Source of the DNA: Octopus vulgaris
Lineage: Eukaryota
DNA: 64,000 nt
Reading direction: 5' to 3'
Assembly (NCBI GenBank): GCA_951406725.2
Contig: OX597816.1
Location: forward strand, 156,922,001-156,986,000
Both the position numbers and the translations under genes were made by a program. The notes under the pieces were generated by a model, which did no database searches, was not told the origin of the DNA, and saw only the letters and a program-made list of their open reading frames with translations. Of the stretch, positions 53,176 to 64,000 are shown piece by piece (the first letter of the stretch is position 1; each line of letters begins with the position of its first letter).

Positions 53176-54520
53176 GTCAATATTGTTTGGGAAAGTCAGG
53201 CAGCAGGTGACTCTCCCTACTGAGAATTTTCCTTTACAAAATTTACTAGATTCAAAGTTTCAAAGAACACAATGTTCATCAAAATATACGCGATCTCATT
53301 GCCTTAGCAAGTTATGCATGAAATTTAAAACAGTAATTATAAAATTTTGTGTCTTTTTAAACAAGTTTCTCTCCATATTTTTCTTAAAAAGCCATTCTTT
53401 TTAACTTTGACTCCAGCTTGAATAAGGTTGACGTAAGGCAAGTTGAAGGGTTAGCAATATTAATCTTGCATACAAGGTTATACTTACAAATTGCTTTCAT
53501 AATGAAGTTAAAGAGTTTCTTTGAAATTGATATCAAAAGACTTCCTTAGTTTGTGAATTCTAAAGAGATCAGCCATAAACTCCATTTTCAGTCTATTTAA
53601 CACCCAATAATGTAAATAAGGGAAATGGAAATTTATGCAAGAGTATTTCTTCACACTTGTAATGGTGCCAAAGCCGAATGAATATTGTAGTATAACTCTA
53701 ATGAAAGCACTAAAAGAGCTTGGCACTACTTCATCAATCTTAGTATGAATCATTCAGTCAGATGTCACAGAATGCAACTTATGTGCTGCATTTTTACAGA
53801 TTAGTAGCAGTAAATATTTCATGGTTCTTATATACATAGATCCGTTGTGGACAATTCAACAGATATGAACATATGCCCTTTTTGAAAACTCTTCAAAATA
53901 ATAGTCCTGAATATGCCATAGATTACTTGCATTTGTTAAGTACAAAGCACAAGCTTGCACGAGAATAGAAAGTATACATTGATTTAAGAAATTTATAATA
54001 TCACATTTCTGCTCACACATATCACAAGCACGGCCGATAATGTTATGAAATTAAATACCTCCTTGAATAGTTCTTTAAACAACCTGGGTGTTTAAAGAAA
54101 TATTCAAATATGATCATCACAATAATCATCACCGATAATTTTATAAAAATAAACAATTACAATTGGGTCTCGCACATGCCATTGTTGTGCAATTTTTGAA
54201 ATAGAACAGGTTTTTCTTCTGAGGTAAACTAGAGGGTCTAAACTAGTTATACAAATTAGAATCTCCAGCAAAGAGCAGAATATCAATTCTGCTTTTTCAC
54301 ATGCATGAACAGCAACAGGAGGAAGGATCCTGCATAAAATCGGTCACTTTAGATGTCTGTTGCCAAACCCCAAGTAAGCTAAACACTGTTTCACATTTAA
54401 AATATTCTAAGAGTGTCGAGAAAAGATAACGTTTCCAAACATATAGTTAGATTCGAGAGATACAAAAACGACTAAACAATGTTCAAAATATATAATCAGA
54501 AATATTCAGAATAATACAGT

Positions 54521-54874
54521 ATTCTTTTGTTCTTTTATGCTTTTATTTGTTTCAGTCATTTGACTGCGAACATGCTGGAACACTGCTTTTAGTCGAAGAG
54601 ATCGACCCCGGACTTATTCTTTGTAAGCCTAGTAATTCATGGATCGATTCTTTTGCTGAACCGCTACATCATGTAGATGTAAACACACCAACATCGGTTG
54701 TCAAGCGATAGTAGGGAGGACGAAATCAGACTCACAAACACACACACACACAACAGGCTTTTGGTCGGCCTAAGGCTATTGTAGAAGACACTTGCCCAAG
54801 GTGCCATGCAGTGGGACTGAACCCGGAACCATGTGGCTGGTAAGCAAGCTACTTACCACACAGCCACTTCTGCA
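54521..54874 (-). mobile_element. SINE family B
   Basis: GTAGAAGACACTTGCCCAAGGTGCC...GGGACTGAACCCGGAACC...ACCACACAGCCAC. Confidence 0.9.
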
Positions 54875-55991
54875 ACTTCATTTTTTTATATAAAATGCTT
54901 ATAAAATCATATATAGTTAGCAAGCTGACAAAAATATAAAATCCCTTAAACGTAGCAAACATGGCACATTCAGGTGTGAATCAAACGGATATAGAACGCG
55001 TATCGAATTCGAAGAAGCAATGCAGTGTCTCCTCGAATGATTACCAATAAATATATACCTCACGCATATAAGCAGAGAAACTATCTCCCTCTCGCACGCA
55101 CACACACACACACTCACGCACACACACACACACATACACACACACACAGATGCATATATGATACGCCCTCACACGTTCATACGTACATACATACATATAT
55201 ACATCCATAAATACACACATACATATACAGAAGCACACACGGGTTTATCTTTTTATAATTCAATATGGAAATATAAACCATTGCCATATTGAAAGATTAT
55301 AGAAAATGAGATTTCGTTCCTTCCATACAAGTGAAACTACTTTCGATAGATAAATACGCATTTGTATACAGATAATTTCTGTTGCATTATTAATTCTGTT
55401 TTTCTGTCTTTTCCCCATTAGGAGAGAGAAATTTGTTTCACAGCCAGTTTCCATAATTAAAAAGCAATCTTAACTGAAAGGAACTCCATAAGATTTTTCT
55501 TACACAAACAAAGGGAAAACTATCTATAAACAATCACTAATTTCGTAAGACATCTTGCAAGGAGGGCGAAATTTGTAGTATGTTGTATTTCTGATTTCCC
55601 ATCATGCTGGTTGTCATCGTCAAACTTCGCCAAAAATTGATCTAATCGTATATTTTTGATAATGCATGCTATGTCTATTATCATTCCGATGTATTTTGCA
55701 TTATTTTGTAATTCCATTGTTACAAATTTGAAATAATCATTATTAATATTTTGAATTACAGAAATCATGCTATGAAATGTTCAATGGTTTTCAATTTTAC
55801 ATACATAGATACACACACACACGCATATATATATATATATATATACACCTTAGAATGACAGATATCTTTGGAAAAATATTATACAACCGAATGAAATTAA
55901 GACGAAATATTCTGTTTTCAAATGATAACATGAATTGAGAGTAACTCAACTTCTGTTTATATGCATACATATATTCATACATACTAATATT

Positions 55992-56025
<34 letters not shown>

Positions 56026-56075
56026 CATATATATATATACACACGTATATTTATGTAGTTATACGTATATGCCTA

Positions 56076-56140
<65 letters not shown>

Positions 56141-57477
56141 ATGCTTATACTTAGGTACGTGTGTATCAACTTATATACGTAAGTATGTCTGTGCATGGTT
56201 TTGTTTGTATTTGTTGATATTTATTATGGTACTTAATTCCGATTTGTTTACGCAAATTCATAATTAGGTATTGTTTCCAAATTATGTATTCAAGGATTGT
56301 AAATTTATGTTTGTGATTATATATATATATATATATATGTATATTTGCACGTGTGTGTGAGTGTGTGTGTATTTTTGTCCATGTATTTTTATCCGTCTAT
56401 ATCTGTGTATGCGTGTGCTTGTATGCTTGAGCGTGTAGGCGTATGTACGTTTGCATATATACAAACATACACAAACACACATATATACACTAGAAGGTAC
56501 ACAGTAGTGTACGCGTACACATTCAAGTCTACACATCTTTCTATATGTATAGTATTGGCAAAACTCCTATACACATATGGTGCAATACATCCGGCCATTA
56601 AAATAGCACAAACGCAATCAAAAATATACATTTTGCGTCCCAGTAAATTAAATTCTCAAGTTAAATTCTCAGAATGCGTTATACATGCAAATTGATCTAC
56701 CCAGTTTATTTGAGGATTTCCTAATAGACACCTTAAAGCCAACATGGCCATGTAGACCTAAAAAAGGTATTCAACTACAGATGCAACCTCAATCACTGAA
56801 TAAAAATTAATCAGGATGATCAGTCTTTTCATTTTATCCACGACGATATTTCGGAATAGTAGCAAAATATTTATTATCTTGCCCGTATAAAATATCTACT
56901 GAGGAAATCTCGGTAATCCAAAAATCCAACAAGGATAGGACCACTGTCTCACTTGTTGGTCCACTGATTTATGATAACAGCATTCTCCAACTTGACTCAA
57001 AAGAAATGACTACCGAAACAACACAGTTCTGTCATTACTGATTTCACTGATATTGACGCAAGGGATCAAAATGAAGTCAATCCTCAACATATTATCTCGG
57101 ACATAACTTTTACTACTTCCGATATCATAGCAGCAATAAAAGAGATCAAGCACTATTCTAATGTAGGCGCTGATAGATTCCCCGCTAGTGTTCAGAATGA
57201 ATCTATACACTAAGAAATATTCTAGACTCAGGCTATATACCGATACAGTTCTTATCTCAATCTGTTATTCCGGTCTTGAAAAAGTGGATCTGGTCCTTCG
57301 CAGTCAACTATCGTCCAGTCTCATTCACCTCCATATCATTAAAGTGTTTGAAAGTTATTATTTGTTTGCTTGTAATACACGTCATCAACTCAATGTGTGC
57401 TTTGGACCAGCCACCAGGCACTAAATACTCATAGGGATGGTTCGGATCAAGGACGAAAATGACATTTTTATAAATAA

Positions 57478-57992
57478 CTAGCAGTATCGCCCGGCGTTGC
57501 TCGGGTTTGTAAGGGAAATAACTATATAAGCATTTTTAGAGAGGGTCTTCCTTTATAGATGCCAATTCGGGTTTTCTTAGCCATTTCTGTTTTGGTGTCT
57601 TCAAGCCATGAAGTCGTTGTTCTAAAAGAACGCTGGTCTCCTTGACAACGCATTACGACGTTGATTTCCTTAAACTCCCTTCCCCGCAGCTTCACGAGGG
57701 AGGGAAGAAGGGGTAGAAGCAAACACAGGTGCAGGTGTGACTATGGACGCCAACTCCGCCGCCATCGACACACGAAAAATTATGCATTAAAATGGAATAA
57801 AAAATAATGTTAAATTATTTTTAAAATCGTAGACTCATCGTAGACGCGCGCTAATAGCCAGACGGGCTTGATATGAATCACGATTATAAGATACCCGAAT
57901 TTGGTTAAACTGCACCGCAAAATGTGGGAGGAGTTAGGAATCTAAATTGTAGGAGACAGACACTCACACAACTACAGTTTTATATATATAGA
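57478..57992 (-). mobile_element. Non-autonomous Helitron (515 bp)
   Basis: Minus strand starts TCTATATATATAAAA and ends CCCGAGCAACGCCGGG (hairpin)-CGATACTG-CTAG. Inserted between A and T with no TSD. Confidence 0.9.
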
Positions 57993-58049
57993 TTAACTAT
58001 AGCTCAGCATTGAGAGCTCATAAAGTATTGGAATAAAGTTCGAATGGAA

Positions 58050-59304
58050 GTTTAAGTTTTATTTCAAAGTACCAGAGACAATTCTGACCAAAATTTTAAC
58101 TTTTAGTCATCAAGTGTTGCGCCTCCTTTGACAATGACTTCCTCAACCCTCTTCCTGGCTGCACCAAAAGCTTTCTTAAGGAATTCCTTAATGTCTTCCT
58201 CCTACGTCCTACGGATGGTGTCTTTGAGTCGTTGCACGTTGCTGTGGGTCTTCTCACAAGCATTTTTGACCAGTTCATTCCAGATGCTGACGTCTAAAGG
58301 GATCAAATCAGCTGATGAATAGAGCCTATTTTCTTTATCCCGAAGCCTGTTTTCCAACTCATCCCTGGGAAATATTTGATTCACTGCACTTGGGGGATAA
58401 AGAATGTAAACTTAAAGCTCTTAGCGACCTTGCCTCATGATATTCAGAAAGAAACCAGATATTTACATCTTCCAAAACCTGAACCTAACAAATTCCTGTT
58501 GTCTCTCAACCTTCTCAAAGATGACCAATGGCAACTTCTTGCCATCGCATGCCGCACAGGCAAAATCATTGCTTTGGCAGGTTTTTGCGCCTGAAAATGA
58601 CATTTTTGACACTCTCGAGAGAAGATGAAGCCAGAAAGTTGGGTTGTGTCGGTTTGTGTGCGTATCTTGGGAGAAATTCTTCTAACTTGTATAAAATGTC
58701 ACCCCAGGATTATGTTTCCCTTTATTCAATATGATCTCCAACTTTTTGTCCTGGAATAACAAGGTGCCGTACATGTTTCAGTACGATTTCATTTTTAAGT
58801 CTTCTGTCATCGCTCTTCGAACCGTCATAGCCGAAATCTCTTTCTTACGTGCCAAAGGTCTTATGAATTGAGTCAGATCTCATCTAATTAATCTCTTCAT
58901 CTCGAGATTGAAATGATGCTTCTTCTTCCGGTTATGACCTGCTGATCCAGTTTTCTTTTCCACTATTTGTTCTTCCTCAAACTTATTCACATATCTCTTG
59001 AAGGTTCTTCAATGGATTTTGAAGATGGTAGCCAGAGAATGAATTTTGGCACCATTACTGATGATCATAACTCGCCCAACATTGCTCATTTGGGAAGACA
59101 TGGCACAACACGATTTCACCCTGTCCTCTTTCTAACTGAATATATTAATGGGTCTTTCACTGGTTCTTACAAAAGCGATTCTTACAAAAGCTGGCGTCTA
59201 TATTGCCAGATGTCATATCTGGAAAACTGAAAAATTGCAAATCGATTTCTTTATTGGTGTTAAGAAATTTTAAGTGAGCGGGAGAATTTTGCTGTTACAC
59301 CCGG
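58050..59304 (-). mobile_element. Tc1/mariner-type transposon remnant (disrupted transposase)
   Basis: YSSADLIPLDVSIWNELVKNACEKTHSNVQRLKDTIRRT*...FGAARKRVEEVIVKGG matches the SPDLNP.D..W motif and C-terminus. The right end is TA|CCGGGTGT on the minus strand. The left TIR is not resolved. Confidence 0.75.
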
Positions 59305-59353
59305 TATATATATTTACACGTACAATCATGCACACAGACACACCCACACATAC

Positions 59354-59384
<31 letters not shown>

Positions 59385-59452
59385 AAGAGAGAGAGAGAGA
59401 GAGAGAGTTATATAGATAAATATATACGGATACATATATGCACACACACTCG

Positions 59453-59491
<39 letters not shown>

Positions 59492-60994
59492 ATATATACA
59501 TATGTGTGTATGTATCTATACATCTATATATATATATACATCCGTTTTCTCACCACCTTCATCGCTTATCTTCTTGTTTGCTATGTTGCATCTTCTTATC
59601 TTCACACTACGTCTCCTCTTAAATGCATTTCTTTATTTGAACGTGTTGTGATTCATAGAACATAGTTATATACTTCGTATACAACAAAGCTACGCTAATT
59701 ATGTTTTCATAAATATTTCGCACGTGTCAATGTTGAAGTACTATGATTTGCATACTAAGTAAATAAATGTTAAATACTGTCATAATCATTTAAAACACCC
59801 CAGCCTACACTTGGATTGCGACTGAAGCATAGGTCCCAGCCAGAAACAGCGTTAAGTATTCAAAACTTTTGACAAAATTCTTTAAGAAAGAGCTTCAACG
59901 AAAAGCATTTCCAAGCAAATATTCTTAGATATGCAAAACATTTCATCGCATATTTATTCACGAAAAGTGAGGTCCCATTTCAGTAGATATTTAGCAACCA
60001 TAAGATCCCCTAAGACACGATGCCTACTTAAAATTTCATCGCTTGAGTCAGACAATTTCAGAAAATGCGGAGAGCTTAGTAAACTATTCCGATATAGATT
60101 ATTATGTACGGTGCAGAAGCTATGTACATGTCAAGCATCAGATTTAAACTAACGAGGAAACATAGTAATTCCTCATTCACTAATACAACTCACCTTTAGT
60201 GCATAGGATAGACAGTATACACAAAAGTAAAGGAAACGTAAATTAACGCCACCAGATCTGAGGGAGATGAAGATTTACGATTAAACTAAAATTGGAAGAC
60301 ACCAACTTTCTAAATTCTTTTCAGATACGATAATTGAACTTAAGTAGGATATCTAACGAGAAATAAGATAAATCATTATTAACAATGGAACTCTGTTCTG
60401 TACATTGAAAGAAAAGAATCTACATAAGAGAACTACTGGAGAAATGGTTGTTAACTGGGATATCTAAAGTTGTATCAGTATATCTAAGTACGATATGTAT
60501 AGTAACCAACATCTGTCATGAATTCGGAGATAGTCTCAACACGATTTTCGAGTAAGATAAGGAAAGAAAAAAAAACGGAATATAAAAGTACGGTACAATA
60601 TGACCAAAAAACAATCACACGCAAAAAGAAAAAAATTAAAGTGGAATCAAAGAAAGAACTGAAGATATTCACAATGATAATGTTTATTTTATATCCTTTT
60701 GGTTAGGAAAAATAGTAATAAAAACATATATCTCTTGGGAGATGTAGCATATATTTTGTGTGTAATTTAAAAAAAAAAACAAAAACAAAAACAAATGACT
60801 GTAGGCAGCATAAAAGAAGTAAATTTAATCAAGAATAGTGTAAGAGACAACACGAGAGAATGTACTAGAAATCGCAGTGTTTCGAATTTTCAGCGTTGTT
60901 CAATTAGATTTTTTATATATTCAACTGAATAATGAAATATTAAAAATACTTAGGTTCACGATATATGTAACACACACGCACACGTGTGCATACA

Positions 60995-61330
60995 TATAGG
61001 TATTTATATGCCTTATAATTTCTAGAGTAGTGAGTTGATATATACAATACTGCTTTGAGATGAGGTGTAGTGTTACGTTTTGTTGCCTTCAGTGTTTTAA
61101 TGTTTAATTTCTTAGCACGCTTACATCTATCATCTACAAGTGAGGGTGGGTATTGTGTTTCAGCTAGTGCTATTCTGAAGTCTTGCAGATGAAGATTCCG
61201 AGTATTTCTATCAGACACTATTGTGCAAATAAAAGGGGATATTAAAGGTGATATTACTGTGCTGTTTTTCGGGTGGCATGAGTTAAACAGGAGCTATTGG
61301 TTCAAGTCTGTAGGAAATAATTGTTCTGAA
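60995..61330 (-). mobile_element. Penelope-like RT C-terminal fragment
   Basis: PTDLNQ*LLFNSCHPKN...ICTIVSDRNTRNLHLQDFRIALAETQYPPSLVD matches the PLE KPTD..YL.F.S.HP...ICTIVSD...YP motif. Confidence 0.75.
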
Positions 61331-61480
61331 GTATACATTTTAAAGATTCAATAATATAGACTAAAATCGTCTTGAAAATATACGAAATTACAATAATTTC
61401 AATGTCATGATTAGCGAAGGTGAATATGAAATATATTTAAAAATATATTAAAACTATGTAAAATGTGTGCATTTTCCTTC

Positions 61481-61544
<64 letters not shown>

Positions 61545-61792
61545 TTATTTGAGGGAATATAAATCCAAACTTACAACGGAAAAAATTCAATTTAGAAATA
61601 CTGAATCAAATTTTACACAATATAATATATATATAAAAAATTAGAAAAAACACCTTTTATCAATTCAAAATGAACAATTAAATTACACCACCCAGAAAAT
61701 TACATTAGAAATATTAAAATTAAAAAAGCAACAAAATTTCAATGATTAAATAAATTACAAAAAAATAATAAAAACGTATATAATTGGTAGAA

Positions 61793-61881
61793 TAACGACA
61801 CATGTTTCGTGGCTATATTTAAGAAATGTTTATAGTAGTAGTAAAATCACTTCGATATAAATATAGTCACTCATCGGGTTA
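61793..61881 (-). ncRNA. Minimal type I hammerhead ribozyme (CCGAUGA core variant)
   Basis: Minus strand: TAAC-CCGATGA-GTGACTATATTTA...TAAATATAGCCAC-GAAA-CATGT-GTC-GTTA. Stem II pairs at 12/13 positions, ACATGT palindrome in stem III. Lies in an AT-rich segment flanked by (TA)n. Confidence 0.7.
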
Positions 61882-61923
61882 AAAATAAACTATAATAATA
61901 AAATAATTAATTAATAAATATAC

Positions 61924-61993
<70 letters not shown>

Positions 61994-64000
61994 ATACTAA
62001 ATATACATAAGTGAAACCTAAAACAATACTTAAATTATTAAAAACTTTAAAATTAATTAAAATACACAATGCTATTACAAGTCATTAATTTGTAATCAAA
62101 ATAAGAAATGGTTCAAATATAGAAAAACTCCTTAAATAAGCTAACTATATAATAATAAATATACATATGTAGTATCTATAAATTTAATATATCAATGTAT
62201 AACAAAGTTGACTAAATATTAAATAATATAATACCTAATTAACTTAAAATTAATATTGCATAATAAATATGCCACCTAATAATATATATTATTAAATTTC
62301 ATTTAGCTGATCTGCACAATGAACATCCAGTTATCGCATTCCGTATCTCAGCCTGTGTTCTCGGCGTTATTAACTGCAATCTACATCTTCAGCCGAGAAT
62401 CGCAGCTTTCAGTCATGAAAGGCAGTAAATTTGCAGTGTTTCTTCCCGAACAGTTGAGCAAATTACTACAGAAAAAAATATTTGGAACTAAGTAACATGG
62501 GCCAAGCTTGGTACAGTAATGACTAGATTGAGGCCTCATTGCCAAATTGGATCTCTTCCACCCGACCACCGTGTAGCTTCTGCTCTCTGCATTGAAGAAA
62601 TATCAATGACCACTCTCACTGCTAAGCCCATCGGTTACTATTTTTCCTGATTGAATCTTTAAACTCTTTTTCTCTATTTCCCTCTCATTTATATTCTCAG
62701 CTTCTCTTTCTTTATTAAATCTTATCACCCATCTTAAATTTCCCCATGTACTGGGTAACTAAAATGCTAATTCGAAGTCTGTATTATTTACGCACCAGGA
62801 ACGATACGTTCAGCTTACAGTAACCGGATTCTTGTCTACGCGTTCTTAGTCAATTACGCAGATAATATATTTGTGACGTGTAGAAATGAATGCTTTATAT
62901 TATAGAAACACTGTTAACTTTACCTTTTGGCCGAGATGAATGATATATCAGCGCAAGTGAGTGTCTGTGTATACGCTTTGAGTTTGCAATTGTCTTCGTA
63001 AGTATGTCAGTTGCTGTTGTTTCTGATGGCAAATATGCAGTAGCAGCATCTGGTACAGCTGATTTTGACTTTCTTCGTTTGTGTTAATGGTGCGTGCAGC
63101 ACTAAGACGCTTCTTTCCCCCTGTTCTTTGTTATGAACCGAAAAACCTCAGTCTTTCTGCTCTTACCCACCACGAACTGCTGCATACCATATGGCAGATT
63201 AATCAGTGCACCTTCAGAGGCTTGAATCAGTACTCCCATCCCAGAAGTAGAATTAATTTCAGTTTGCATTTATGATACGATCATTTGTGCTATTACATCT
63301 AGTTGTTACCCGCAAGTTGATATCTATTCTTGTAGTATGTCACTCACCTATATTTCCACTACTCACCAACTGAGGTTAACTATTGTGATGACCGGTTTGT
63401 CGTTATTTAAAAGAACTATTGTTTGTTTCCTAGCTTCCTCCTCGGTTAGAAATCCCACCTCAAACCGTGCAGAACCTTTACATCGACAACATTTCTGTAG
63501 TTCGCAATGGTTTCAGACATTTTTTAGCATGGCCCTGCACCGCCCACTCTACTCACCCGGAATTCACTCTATGCACTTATATGTTAAGTATATGAGATAT
63601 GATGCTGTAAAGTATCCATTAGGCTATCTCTCCTGGATATTTTGCGGTATCAAATCCTGCGGCAATAGACAAAGTACATCTGCCCGAATCGTATTAGCAA
63701 AACTTACCAGCTGCCATGTTGGCGCTGCTATTTTATATTATATTAATATTAAGCACATTGGTGGCAATGGTGGCAGTCTTTTTGCTTTACAAAATAATCG
63801 CTACTCTTCTCTGCTTGTTACTATTATGTTTGTCTATATTTCTCTTAATGCTACTCATTGCAGCGATATTAATTGTGACGACGCTACTTTTACTGCCGTT
63901 ATCCCTTGCCTTTTGACATTTTGCAGTAGTGTTGCTCTAGTTTTTGTTGATATAGTTGTAGTATATGTTCATAGTGCAGGTGCAGTCTGCACAGCCATGT

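Noticed and set aside
53440-54320. APE-endonuclease-like remnant or exon (ORF 53508-53753)
   Set aside because: No diagnostic motif could be confirmed by eye.
63716-63916. Hydrophobic membrane-like ORF
   Set aside because: T-rich low-complexity sequence. Such ORFs are expected by chance.

Overview
AT-rich, microsatellite-dense eukaryotic genomic DNA, intergenic or deep intronic. The tRNA-derived SINE families and repeat landscape look like octopus/coleoid cephalopod DNA (inferred by pattern recognition, not by a search). I find no intact host protein-coding gene. Almost all ORFs in the track are translations of simple repeats. Recognisable coding remnants are all decayed mobile elements: two R4/Dong-like non-LTR fragments, four Penelope-like (PLE) RT or GIY-YIG remnants and two Tc1/mariner transposases. 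Non-coding elements include more than 20 SINE copies from three families, a Helitron, a hAT MITE, a solo LTR and a ~730 bp foldback element. The most notable signal is about nine minimal type I hammerhead ribozyme (HHR) motifs in 64 kb. Two of them lie in young, ORF-less, partially tandem and inverted elements inserted in (TA)n tracts (35.5-36.3 kb and 44.3-45.2 kb), which resemble retrozymes or non-autonomous PLEs. Several HHRs have non-canonical cores (CCGAUGA, CCGACGA, UUGAUGA).
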